A program made the translations under genes and the position numbers. Of a DNA stretch of 64,000 bases, positions 22,101 to 32,846 are shown piece after piece. Positions within the stretch are counted from its first letter, which is position 1. Every line of letters begins with the position of its first letter. The notes under the pieces were generated by a model. The model ran no database searches. It saw only the letters and a list, made by a program, of their open reading frames with translations, and was not told where the DNA came from. Origin of the DNA: Setoptus koraiensis (taxonomy: Eukaryota; Animalia; Arthropoda); contig CM106586.1 in NCBI GenBank assembly GCA_048013815.1, forward strand, positions 21,638,001-21,702,000, in the 5' to 3' direction.

Positions 22101-22807
22101 TTTTGAAGTTGACCGACGTGTAAACATATCTTGGTGCACACGCCTAGTGAAGATAGCAGATGTATAGTGAGTGATTTTACGCTTACGGATAAATCAATAT
22201 GAGCCTTTCTTTGGTTAGATGGCACTTGTTAGACACTTACCACAATGAAGCCAGTATCGCCAGAACTTTGAACAGTCGCTCCAAACCATTGATGCGATTT
22301 GTCGTCTGTGTGCTTGGTCTCGTTTCCCAATTGCATGGTTGCCGAGCCAGTTGGATCAAAAGGAATCTGTTGGCATGCTTTAGTGTTGTCAACAGTGCAC
22401 CTATAGACGGCGCCCGGTTTCTCTAGACCAGGTTGATCAGTCTGAGCCTTTGGTGCACCAACAAGCAGCCAACTTGTGCCCCTGTCTTTATGAAGTGCTA
22501 CCGAGTATCCAAAATAGGAGCCAGTTGGACCTCGTTGCACTATGACACTTGCGACATCTACATTGAAAGCGTCGGCGAAGCTCACTAAAGATGAGCTTGT
22601 CTTGAGATTGTGTAAATGATTGTTGTTTAAATTAAGCTTTTGATATAACGTTAGTATGTCGAGATTAAATCTATTATGGCAGTTAGTTAAAAGGAGTACT
22701 ATTGATAATAATATGAGAGATAATATTGATTGACATCGATGCGAATGTTCAAAATAAATCAGCCTCTTTGTGTTGATGGTGTTTTTTCGGTGATGATTGC
22801 TAATCAT
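19115..22807 (-). CDS. Integrin alpha subunit (PS2/inflated-like, no I-domain), 1102 aa, 5 exons
   Basis: Exons 22807-22241, 22143-22020, 21927-21866, 21764-19320 and 19225-19115 join in frame. FG-GAP repeats (VGAPKA, IGAPG), Ca-binding loops DVNGDGLDD, DLNKDGYQD and DLDNNNYPD, furin-like RRDRR, a TM helix, and cytoplasmic GFFARKR. Confidence 0.95.
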
Positions 22808-23903
22808 GGTTGTTTGCTTGTGATTGGTTGTTATCTTGATTGCATAGTAGAAATGATAGTGTTACCTTGATGATGCAATTAACAAGTTTGAGCTGCGACT
22901 TCAATAATTTGATGTTCAACTAGATTGATGACTAGACAAATTAAAAATTGAGGAGGAAATGAACACTGGACTATTGTTGACTGTTGCTGATTGCTTCGAC
23001 TACAAATTAAGCCCAATGATGATTGTGATATGGAATCATGTTCGGATATTAATGTTAATCAACGTTAATTGTGGTCGCTGCGTGCAATCAATCCTGTGTG
23101 GTGCAAATGTTACGTTGGGCACAAATCTTGCAGCGAAACAATATTAACAATCAATAGGTTTAGTTTAGTAAGAGTGTAACAGTATTTTGTAGTTTATGTT
23201 CGTGTGTGTATCGAGAATATTCTTGTTTGATGCCGATAAAACATGGGCCGACGCGCAACATACATGTATTGAGAACGAAGAATAAAATCTCATAATTATC
23301 CAAAGGGCTAAATTATGATTGGGATCGGGGAATCATCAAGAAATGAGCAAGGCGCTCACAGCATAGAACTTATAGCGCTTAGCGAACATTTTAGCTGGTG
23401 CAAGCTACAAAGTAAAGTTTTTCTCTCAATACCCCAAGGAAGTAAAACGCGCCTCCCCCGCGTTGCTGGCCCCCTGCATCATGGCTATTTAGCAGCAACA
23501 CTATAGGGCAAACTATGGCTACTACGGCAGTGCCATTCGTGCGTGCGAAACATTCGCTTGCTTCAATATGTATTGCTGCCGCATATTTTGTTGTTGCCGC
23601 TCGAGTCTCGAGACGGGGGCCGACAGCAAGACTCGAGGAGCGCCAAACAGCAGATGCCCGACACAGCTATCGACACGGAGAATTGTTGCGCAGATCGAAC
23701 CAACGGTCCCTGTTTGTTAACTGTGAGTGAGCCTAGAAACTGTGTGAGTGTGTGTGTGTGCCAACTCTAAACTGTTGCTCCACCCTAGTGAATTTCGCCA
23801 TCAGTTCGCCAATCGCAAGCTATCGCTGCGTCAAGTGCGGCGCATGTGTTGAGCGCGCACACTGGCCAGGCTGTGTTTACATAGTTCCCAGTAACAGTGC
23901 AAC

Positions 23904-23923
23904 AACAGAACAGAACAGAACAG
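23904..23923. repeat. (AACAG)4 pentanucleotide microsatellite
   Basis: Direct tandem repeat in the sequence. Confidence 0.85.
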
Positions 23924-24567
23924 AACAAAACGAACAAACTCAGCTCACTCAGACATGCAGAGAAATGGATGCGCCCGCAAAACTCGCTTGTTGTACCATG
24001 TTATGTGTCTGTTGTGGCAGCTCATTGGAAGCAGATGTCTTTTTATAATGTTTGCATCGTGACATCGAACGAGAACAGAGACTCTCTGACCGTGAGCCAG
24101 ATGCGCTCGCGGCTCACAACACAAGCCCCCTCTTGAGATGAAGCATTGCCATCATTATTATTCACTAGTTCTCTAGGCATCTCGATGGCTGATGGCCGAC
24201 ATTGCGCACACAAGCTTGTTGTTTCTAGCTTTGCGTTCGATTGTTGCTAGCAGCTCTGGTAACAACATCTGCAAGTCGAGTGTGTCTCAATTCGAATGAT
24301 TAGGCATTACTGAGATTTATGCGCGATGCTCTATAGTACGTCTGCGAGTTGAGTCACCAAGTTAGCTGGAAATCTTAATTGTTTGCGGCGGCCTCTCAGC
24401 TGGGAACCACGACAAACGAGTCGCGCATCTCCAGATGCACACTAGTGCCGTCGCAACGCAGCTAACATATAAACCTCGATGGTTGACAAATATGTAACAG
24501 CCATGGAACTGGGCCATCTCAGGTCTCAAGTTCCTAGGAGCACTAACCTCACTAGCTTCCCCGATCG

Positions 24568-24592
24568 CTCTCTCTCTCTCTCTCTCTCTCTC
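24568..24592. repeat. (CT)12 microsatellite
   Basis: Direct tandem repeat in the sequence. Confidence 0.9.
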
Positions 24593-25035
24593 GCAAATCG
24601 CATTTTATACGGTCAACATGTGTGCGAAATGGTGACAATCCTCTGGAGCCTCTCCCTGCGCTGCCACACACAAAACTCTTGATGTGCTCTTGTGAAACGC
24701 GGAAATGATTTTGAAATGGGAAATATTGGAGATTATATAATATAATGGATTCATTTGAGACGCTAAATGCGACCATACTGTTATCATACCCATATAGGGC
24801 AGAGGGGTTTCCATTGATAAAACACAACAAATAAGCTCATTTGTATGAGGAAAACAAGAAAGTGTTCAAGACACATCGCGTTTTTGTGCGCAGTCACGTC
24901 TACTGTGCCAAATGCAGCGATTCATGCTGGCTATATTGGCGACTATTGGTCTCATGTAGACAGAATCAAGCCCGCACACACATGATTGGTTTGGACTCGT
25001 ACCTTCTTGTGTCTTCACAAAAGTATCCCCGATTA

Positions 25036-25157
25036 CTGATGGGGGGAGCTAGAAAACCGTTGCTCCCCGATTTGCTCCCTTCTCCCGTCAAGGAGCCAGC
25101 TCCCTCCTCCCCGCGGGGAGGAGGGAGTAGCCCTGCTACCCCTAGCTCTCCCCTCAG
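25036..25157. repeat. GC-rich nested inverted repeat (MITE-like or hairpin RNA candidate)
   Basis: Outer arms CTGATGGGGGGAGCTAG (25036-25052) and CTAGCTCTCCCCTCAG (25142-25157) pair with one bulge and one mismatch. They enclose a perfect 28-bp palindrome CTCCCTCCTCCCCG|CGGGGAGGAGGGAG (25100-25127). Confidence 0.75.
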
Positions 25158-25507
25158 AGTGTGTCTCAACATGAGTTAGGGGCAGAGACATCTGGTGCAA
25201 GATCATCACATCGTTCGTGAATATTGTTTCTGTTATTCATGAATATACATTGCAGATATATATTGGCTCTCAGAGCACGCCACCGTGTCTGCAGCGGCCA
25301 GAAAGGTTCAAATCGCGCGCCTGCCCAAATGCCTATAGATAGAAAATTGCCACCAAACTCAACAACGTACGTAAAGTGCACAAGACAAAAACTCGCACAG
25401 AGACGAGCTATTTTAATTGCCCGTGTGCAACACATGGTAATGTTTTATTATTAGCAATATCAATGACAATTTAATCATTTATTCCTTCCTATTTTAATAT
25501 TAATACC

Positions 25508-26644
25508 ATGCCAGCCAAAAAGAAAGCCAACCCAGTCCCCTACAAGGTGGGCGATCTGGTCGCGGGAAAGATGAAGGGCTATCCATTTTGGCCAGCTGAA
25601 ATAACTGAGGTCAAAAAGAGCAATTGCTACATGCTATCTTACTTTGGAACCAAACGATCACAATCCAGCTTGAGCGTGACCAAAATCAAGCCCTATTCCA
25701 TGATGACTCAAGAGGAGAAAAACATTGGTGCCAAGACACAACGACACAGAGATATTGAGGTAGCCATCCAACAAATAGACGCCTTACTTTCCCAGAGAGA
25801 AAGAGAGAGAGATAGCGAGAAAGAAAGAGAGATCGAGAGAGAACGACAGGTCGAGAAGGAGCGAGCCATCGAGAAAGAACGAGCCATCGAGAAAGAACGA
25901 GCCATCGAGAAAGAACGAGCCATCGAGAAAGAACGGGCGATAGACAAAGAACGAGAAAGCGAAAAAGTAAGAGAAATCGAAAAAGATAAAGAAAGAGAAA
26001 GCGAGAAAGAAAAACAATTAGAAAAAGTAAAACAAAGACAAATAGAAAAAGAAAAGGACGACCAACTTAATGTTAATACAAAAGAACCTGAAGCTATGAA
26101 TGGACCAATACCCGCCGAAGTCTCAACTAGACTTTTGGAGCGTGTAGTATTAAAAGAAAAAGAGAAAATGGCCTTGAAAGAGAGGAAAAAACAGAAAAAG
26201 CTCCAAGATAAAAAGATGAAGAAACATAATGAGAAGAGACTAGAGTACATATTAAAAGAATTTCAATCAAGCACATCAGAGATTCAGGCGAGCTTTCCCT
26301 CGGGGGCGGAACCCGACTTCAAGAGGTACAAAAAGGCAGTAGACAAAGTCGAACAACTCGTAGACGAGTTTATGGACATAACGAAACCAGAATGTTTGAA
26401 ATTGCTCAACCACGACTTGCTGGACCGCAGTTACGATATATCTGTTAACGTAATGAAGGCAGTAACTATTGGTAAAAAGTCCCTTCCACCAGTCGCGACA
26501 TATTGTCGCCAGAAGATTTGTGTTTTAAAGAAAAAAAAAGTATTAGAATTCATAAAAGAACATTTAAAGCCGTACAGTAATAATACCAATATCGAGAGTA
26601 ACGGTGGTGGTGCAATGTCTGAGATCAAAACTAATCATAATTGA
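25508..26644 (+). CDS. PWWP-domain protein, HDGF-related/LEDGF-like, 378 aa, intronless
   Basis: N-terminal PWWP 'YKVGDLVAGKMKGYPFWPA...YFGT', a charged E/K/R linker, and a C-terminal helical region resembling the LEDGF integrase-binding domain ('EIQASF...DFKRYKKAVDKVEQL'). Confidence 0.8.
   Translation: MPAKKKANPVPYKVGDLVAGKMKGYPFWPAEITEVKKSNCYMLSYFGTKRSQSSLSVTKIKPYSMMTQEEKNIGAKTQRHRDIEVAIQQIDALLSQRERERDSEKEREIERERQVEKERAIEKERAIEKERAIEKERAIEKERAIDKERESEKVREIEKDKERESEKEKQLEKVKQRQIEKEKDDQLNVNTKEPEAMNGPIPAEVSTRLLERVVLKEKEKMALKERKKQKKLQDKKMKKHNEKRLEYILKEFQSSTSEIQASFPSGAEPDFKRYKKAVDKVEQLVDEFMDITKPECLKLLNHDLLDRSYDISVNVMKAVTIGKKSLPPVATYCRQKICVLKKKKVLEFIKEHLKPYSNNTNIESNGGGAMSEIKTNHN
25851..25950 (+). 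repeat. 18-bp coding tandem repeat (ATCGAGAAAGAACGAGCC; IEKERA x ~5)
   Basis: Near-identical units read directly, in frame within the PWWP gene. Confidence 0.9.
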
Positions 26645-26915
26645 TTCAGAACATAATAAGCAATGTAACATTTGTAATCTTGTAAATCTTATGTATTTCG
26701 AACCTGGCGCCTCTTTAGTGCGCATCACTAAATAAGCAAGCTTTGTACAATATAAAATAAAGTCATGTGTGAATCGTTGTCCTTCAACCTATCTCAAAAC
26801 ATTCACATTATTTTATTCTCAGGGAAGCTCCATTTTCTCGGTGCTAATATATATCAAAATAAATTTGGATCTATCAATCTAAACTTTGAAGTATCCTTAA
26901 TCGAAGGCAACAATT

Positions 26916-27281
26916 ATGTCGGTCATGGCAACCCGCAGACTCGGAAATTTAGCCCAAAACTTGATGAACCATCAGGTTAAAAGGAACGCCTCGCAAGCAA
27001 AAGCACTTTCATTACTACAATCGTCTAAAGTTACTGGTGCTAAAGCAGCTCGAATCTTTTTTCACTACGCTAAAGTCGAACTCACACCTCCGATGCCCCA
27101 AGAATTACCCCAAGTGTTTAGGGGTTTCCGAAATCTGATTGTCGGAGCAAGAACCGGAGCTTGGAGAAATGTCACAATGCGTGAAGCTTGGCTCAATACG
27201 CTGGTCACAACAGAGGTTATATGCTGGTTTTTTGTTGGCGAAATCATAGGAAAAGGTGGTCTGATAGGCTACTCAGTCTAA
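26916..27281 (+). CDS. ATP5MG: Mitochondrial ATP synthase subunit g
   Basis: 'YAKVELTPP', 'TMREAWLNTLVTTEVICWFFVGEIIGKGGLIGYSV' are characteristic of subunit g. Confidence 0.93.
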   Translation: MSVMATRRLGNLAQNLMNHQVKRNASQAKALSLLQSSKVTGAKAARIFFHYAKVELTPPMPQELPQVFRGFRNLIVGARTGAWRNVTMREAWLNTLVTTEVICWFFVGEIIGKGGLIGYSV

Positions 27282-27384
27282 TCTTGTGGTCAACATGCTT
27301 AGATGTCAATCATACGTTTATTAGAAAAATAGTACATTAAAATTCTGTTGAACAACAATATTAGCAACCAAATCATGGAGAGTC

Positions 27385-28152
27385 TCAAAATCCATACTTT
27401 GAGCGTGACTGCATTTTATTTGTCTTGCCGAGGGCTGCTTCGTTCTTAAGTTCTGATTCGAGAATTCTCGCACGTTGCGCCAAATATGTGATCTGATTTT
27501 TGCGTTTCTCTGACGAGCTAGGTCCTCCTTTTTCTACTCCATGATAACTTCGATGAGTGTCCTTTTCAAGAGTCAAGTCCTTTAACCAACTGTTTGGGTC
27601 ATTATTCAGATGCTTGTTAACATCAACATCAATAATTGAAATGTCGTTTCTATCCGCGACGCTTCCAAAGCCTTCGACCAATATCCTATTGATCTGATCG
27701 TCTGTTGGCGAAGGGCCATCTTCAACTATAGGACTGTCTGAAATGAGTTGAGTAGGATCTGGAATTTCGCTCGTTTTTGCTGATTCGGGCATCCTAAGCA
27801 TTGTCTCGAGAGGCAAACTTGCCCCGAATAGTGAGGCTTTCTTGGGCTTAGGGAGCAAAGCGCTTAAGCTGGAGCCTTTGGGATCTTTGACTAATCGTGA
27901 TTCGAGTCTTTGTTTGCGAGATTCATCATCGTCATCACTACTACTGCCGCTTGAGGTATAAGGTCTTTTCTTACACATCAACTCCTGCATAGCTTTAGAT
28001 CTAAATTTATTTCTTATAGATTCTGTACCTGCTTTGACAACCTTACTTGGTGCTTTCTCAGTTGTTACTTTATGCGTGACTTTTTCATTATCTTCAGGTT
28101 TAGTTTCATCTTCTTCCGAATCGCTGTTGTCGCTGTATTGTACAAGTGACAT
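27385..28152 (-). CDS. PRCC: Proline-rich protein PRCC homologue
   Basis: N-terminal 'MSLVQYSDNSDSE', 'LSALLPKPK', and conserved C-terminal 'RKNQITYLA...SRSKYGF'. Confidence 0.88.
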   Translation of the reverse strand: MSLVQYSDNSDSEEDETKPEDNEKVTHKVTTEKAPSKVVKAGTESIRNKFRSKAMQELMCKKRPYTSSGSSSDDDDESRKQRLESRLVKDPKGSSLSALLPKPKKASLFGASLPLETMLRMPESAKTSEIPDPTQLISDSPIVEDGPSPTDDQINRILVEGFGSVADRNDISIIDVDVNKHLNNDPNSWLKDLTLEKDTHRSYHGVEKGGPSSSEKRKNQITYLAQRARILESELKNEAALGKTNKMQSRSKYGF

Positions 28153-28384
28153 GGTCAGATAAACTTGTCAAATTATGTAAAGAACAGTAAAAATTCCTGT
28201 AAAATCATTTATTGTACGTGCGAGTCGAGATGGAAATGAAACAAAATCATATGTTGTCCTGCGCTGCGCGCAAAACAAACAATAACTGATTCTTAGAATC
28301 TTTATTATTTTTTGAAAGAGGTCTAAAGTAAATGGAGTATATTGAAAGATGGATCATTTTTTGTATGGTTATCAATATTGTAAA

Positions 28385-29062
28385 TTAATCGCGACGCAGC
28401 TTATTAAGGCGTTCTTGAAGATCAGCGTCGGCGTCCGCAGCCATAGGCTGACTTTCAGCTGGTGTTTTGGCTGCTTTTTTGGCAGCCGTTGCAAGAGCCT
28501 CTTGTGTCGTAGGCAAGGCTGATAATTGTTGATTCAATTGTATTCCTAATTCATCCAATACTTGGGTAACAATCTGATCGCTCTCTTCTTCATCGTTTTC
28601 CTCATCAAAAACTTCGTCCATTACATCATTTATCATCTCTTCCTTCATGTCTATCATTGATGTTTGTTTCTCAAATTCCTGTATTATTCTACTGATTTGT
28701 GGAAGGTTCATTTGTCTGTTCATTTTAACAAGGCCCTGAGTGACGCCTCGCATGGCTTGAGCCATCGAATTCTGCGACTTAAGTGTTAACGTCTTCAAAG
28801 AGATAGCCTGAAGATTAGCTTTCATCAGGTTGAATTTTTTCACCTGATTTTTTGTTCTCACTAGATCTTTGGCCATAATTTTCACCGCCTCCATCTGGTT
28901 ATTTTTGGCATTCTTCTTTATCTCCGCAATAAGCTTGTGTTCTTGCTCCTCCATGCGATTCTTTTCACGATCCAGTTCCCTGATTGCTCGGTCTAGAGCA
29001 CGTTTATTCTCTTTCAAAATCTCATCTGGCGTTTTCTTACGCCCAAAGAAAAATTCCATCAT
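28385..29062 (-). CDS. CHMP2A: ESCRT-III subunit CHMP2A/Vps2
   Basis: 'FFFGRKKTPDEIL..NKRALDRAIRELDRE', 'MAKDLVRT', 'RQMNLPQI', and C-terminal MIM 'DADLQERLNKLRRD'. Confidence 0.95.
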   Translation of the reverse strand: MMEFFFGRKKTPDEILKENKRALDRAIRELDREKNRMEEQEHKLIAEIKKNAKNNQMEAVKIMAKDLVRTKNQVKKFNLMKANLQAISLKTLTLKSQNSMAQAMRGVTQGLVKMNRQMNLPQISRIIQEFEKQTSMIDMKEEMINDVMDEVFDEENDEEESDQIVTQVLDELGIQLNQQLSALPTTQEALATAAKKAAKTPAESQPMAADADADLQERLNKLRRD

Positions 29063-29452
29063 TTTTAATCAACCAGTTGTGTTGTTCACGGCGTTTTTAT
29101 ATTATGTGCTCCTCAAATTCTCCTCTCTGTGTCTTTTCAGTGGATATAAACTTGAAATGATTCCTTTCAGATCAACGGTTATTAGGATAAAATAGCAATC
29201 ATCTGGTGACCAGCCAGTTTTGCCGTGAGTCATCAATGTGATATGGAAAATGGCATCTAGTAACAACAACAAGATTGCGCAGTGCAAAGAATAGCGCGCA
29301 TTTGCTAACGCAACTTGAGAGCATGCTGATAATAATACAACGAAATGTTTTATATTTTTATGTAAATAAAATCTTGAAGCTTTATAATCTGTGTATATAC
29401 TTTGGATATTATAATTTATATTGAACTCATTTGCTGATGGTTATTGGTCATA

Positions 29453-31303
29453 ATGGACTCACCACAAGTAGTAGACACTCCATCAAGATTCCATGCCATA
29501 TCCATACCTGATGATTATGATTTCAAGGACGATGATAACCCCATCCCTGAAGATCTTGTCTTTGAAAGGATTCAAGATGCTAGTAAAATTCTCAACAAAT
29601 ACAAAGATGCAAGAATACGCATGAAAACCTTCCGTAATCGAACGGATGCAGTTGCTTTCGCCGTATCAGGTCAATCAAGCCAAATGAATAAAACTGTTGA
29701 TAGTATAACATTCTCTCCACGAGTGAAACAAGAGAAACAAGAAAAAGATTATCCTTCACCTAGAAATCAAGACATCATTCAATTGAAGAGGGCCATTGAA
29801 ACGAAAGACCATGATAAAGTCAAGAGCATGATCTGGAACAATCCTAGACTTTTGATCACCGATTGTGATCTACCTGTTATTCTGATGGCTGGCGCTCGTT
29901 ACAACGCCTGTCACATTGCTGCACGTGCAGGAGAAGCAAAGATCTTAAAACTTATACTGGACACGATATCAAGTATTGAATATATGAAAAAACTTGACCC
30001 CCTGGCTTCGGAAACTACATTGATGGAACGTATAAACCTTCTAGTAGATTCATATCTGAACACGCCTGATAAATGCCTAGGAAATACATCATTACATTTT
30101 GCTTGCAGCAAAGGTTTTGAAGATGTGATCAAAGTTTTACTATCTTATAAAGATTGCAATCGTGATTGTAAAGACGTCCATGGGAGAAAACCCGAAGAAG
30201 TCATCTGTGAACGGGCAACTCAGCGGGATAAAGCAAAAGAAGAACGTATTAGATGTTTGTTCAGAGCAAGTCTATTCCTACCTATATATAGGGATGGTGC
30301 AAGTGCAAAAGTTGGTAAGCCAGTGCCTTTTATTAAAGAAGATTTTTGTGTGCAAGAGATTACTAATGTATCTGTGAGTTATGATCTGAATTGTTCTATA
30401 AATTCAACAACTTCTTCCATCAGTGACAAACCACGTTTAGTCGCTTTGGCTGGTCCAATGCTACCTGAACAAGCTGAAGAACTATATAATATCTTGAAAG
30501 CTCCAAGAAAAGCAGGAAAAACTCCGTCATCACCTATAGCGAATGGAAATAAAGGTTCACCAAAACAAGTTTTCGACGAACACAAGCGTATCCGATGTTC
30601 CGATGACCAGAAAGGTGTTGAGCGCATAGCCAGAGAAATGTGTCACAAGATGGATATTCAATGGGTCGAATATTGGCCTTTCTTGGACGATCTAGTGGAT
30701 CTATCAAGCGAAATGGGTTTGAATATGTTAGAAAGATATATGCGCTCCGTATATGACAAACTGAATCTCTATAATGACCTAGCAGATCTATTTTCCATGA
30801 TGAATATTGACAAAGACGTACAGAGTAGTTTCACAAGTAGCGCTTTCTTCGAGAATAGTTTTGTAAAGCAAGATGAATGTCACACGAGCAAAGAGCAAGC
30901 TAATGGTTCAACAAGCGAAGAGCAAGTTAATGGTTCAACAAGCGAAGAGCAAGCCAATGATTCGACAAGTGAAGAGCAAGCCAATGATCCGACAAGCGAA
31001 GAGCAAGCCAATGGTTCTATAAGTGAAGAGAAAGATGTAGGAACAGTTGAGGATGTTGGCGATGATATGCACGAGGAAGTCGAGCTTGTAGATGATGAAA
31101 AGTTTTACACCCCGCCTGGATCACCTGTCATGGCGAAAGAATTCTATGTAAATGGTACAACTAAACCCAGTAAATGGGACTTTCGCGTTTTAGTAGCTTT
31201 AAATGATACTGTCCACCTCGTCGATGACAATAACTACTTCTTTGTCAAAGATTGGCTCAAGCGAATGAAAAAAATTTCGAATAAGAGTGTTGTCAAAGAT
31301 TGA
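29453..31303 (+). CDS. ANKLE2: ANKLE2/LEM-4-like ankyrin-repeat protein, intronless
   Basis: 'IWNNPRLLITDCDLPVILMAGARYNACHIAA', 'YLNTPDK...NTSLHFACSKG', 'LAGPM', 'DDQKGVERIARE...WVEYWPFLDDLVDLSSEMGLNMLERY'. First ATG is 29453 (the ORF track starts at a TTG, 29444). Confidence 0.9.
   Translation: MDSPQVVDTPSRFHAISIPDDYDFKDDDNPIPEDLVFERIQDASKILNKYKDARIRMKTFRNRTDAVAFAVSGQSSQMNKTVDSITFSPRVKQEKQEKDYPSPRNQDIIQLKRAIETKDHDKVKSMIWNNPRLLITDCDLPVILMAGARYNACHIAARAGEAKILKLILDTISSIEYMKKLDPLASETTLMERINLLVDSYLNTPDKCLGNTSLHFACSKGFEDVIKVLLSYKDCNRDCKDVHGRKPEEVICERATQRDKAKEERIRCLFRASLFLPIYRDGASAKVGKPVPFIKEDFCVQEITNVSVSYDLNCSINSTTSSISDKPRLVALAGPMLPEQAEELYNILKAPRKAGKTPSSPIANGNKGSPKQVFDEHKRIRCSDDQKGVERIAREMCHKMDIQWVEYWPFLDDLVDLSSEMGLNMLERYMRSVYDKLNLYNDLADLFSMMNIDKDVQSSFTSSAFFENSFVKQDECHTSKEQANGSTSEEQVNGSTSEEQANDSTSEEQANDPTSEEQANGSISEEKDVGTVEDVGDDMHEEVELVDDEKFYTPPGSPVMAKEFYVNGTTKPSKWDFRVLVALNDTVHLVDDNNYFFVKDWLKRMKKISNKSVVKD
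30884..31030 (+). repeat. 27-bp coding tandem repeat (TSEEQANGS-like x5 plus a partial unit) in ANKLE2
   Basis: Units of the ACAAGCGAAGAGCAAGCCAATGGTTCA type read directly. Confidence 0.9.
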
Positions 31304-32036
31304 ATCTGTGGTAACAATCATTGTTTATATGTGGGACTGTTTGAATCTGTAAGGTTTTTATTTATAAAGTGTTGCAATCACCTTTTACCAATGATAATTG
31401 AAGTGCACTCAATGTAAGAATGAGCATGTGCGAACTCTCAAATTTAATCGATGATCTCTTCAGACAAGTTTGATTCTACAATTAGTATAAAATTAGTTCA
31501 CTAGGGCAAACCTTTACATTTTTTTCAAGGTAATCTAGTTAGGTGGTAGTGTCAGAAGGGGCTGGCTATGGCCTATCTGTTTCCGGCTGGTTTCGAGCTG
31601 AGCAAGAATACACTATTCCCATGCCCGTTTTTTGACGACTTTTTGCAACATTCTACCAGATTTTTTCGACATAAATTTCGGTTATTTCTTACAGAATCTG
31701 CATTATCGAGTCGTTAAGAAACTTATTACACGATAGGTGAATGTTTCGAGAGGTGAATGTTGACAAGCTTGCAGCCCAATAAAGTTGTCAACTGTGCACT
31801 CCCTGTAGAGTCATCTGGTGGGGTTTCATTTAACCATATTGTAAACATCTTGCTGATACACACTTGAAATTTAGATGTGTAAAGCGACTACAACTCACCA
31901 TTTCTTGAACTAAATTGCTCACATCATTCCTGCTTAGTCAGAAGCCAGAAACTCTTTTAGCTTTTCTTTATAATCATTGCTAATCTTCATTGATAAACAA
32001 GATACTATAGCATTTTACACTTCCTATTCTATCACA

Positions 32037-32846
32037 ATGGCACTACTCAACAAAATGGTAAGACACACGCTTTACGAACACCTAACATATGAACCCTGCT
32101 GGTTAATATCAAATCTAGCTCCAATTTCTCATTCATCTTATCTATCTATCACAATTTCTATCAAACTTCAATAGGGTGCCCTGGCTACGGTCGCTAAAAG
32201 GTCAATTGTTATGAATCAAAGCTTCAGGCCCCTGTCTCAAGCTGTCTTCTCAAAGCACGTGGGTGCTCAAGTACAAAAGCCAGCTCCAGATTTTTGCGCT
32301 ACGGCTGTCGTTGATGGAGCATTCAAGCAGATCAAGTTGGCGGATTATCGAGGCAAATATCTAGTTCTGTTCTTCTATCCGCTCGATTTTACCTTCGTTT
32401 GCCCAACGGAAGTTATTGCATTCAATGACCGTCTCGAGGAATTTAGACAATTGAACACCGAGCTGGTAGCTGTGTCAGTTGATTCTCATTTCTCGCATCT
32501 TGCCTGGATCAACACGCCACGAAACAAAGGTGGCCTCGGAAAGGAAACTAAAATTCCCATTCTGTCTGATCTTAAGAAGACTATCTCACAAGATTATGGC
32601 TGTCTGCTACATAGCGAGGATATTGCATTGAGAGCATTGTACATCATCAATACAGAGGGAATTATTAGACAGATAACAATCAACGATTTACCGGTGGGTC
32701 GATCAGTTGATGAAACACTCAGACTTATAAAAGCCTTTCAATTTTCAGATGAGCATGGTGAGGTTTGTCCAGTCAACTGGCAACCTAAGTCAAAGACTAT
32801 AGATCCGAAGAACGCGTCGGAGTTTTTCGCCTCTCAATATAAGTGA
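32037..32846 (+). CDS. PRDX3: Typical 2-Cys peroxiredoxin, mitochondrial (Prx3-like), 230 aa, 2 exons
   Basis: Exon 32037-32057 plus GT-AG intron plus exon 32175-32846 are in frame. Basic amphipathic N-terminal presequence, '[13 protein letters not shown]', 'GGLG' and 'GEVCPVNW'. Confidence 0.9.

Noticed and set aside
25708-26250. Hydrophobic antisense ORFs opposite the PWWP gene
   Set aside because: Mirror products of the purine-rich E/K/R repeat.
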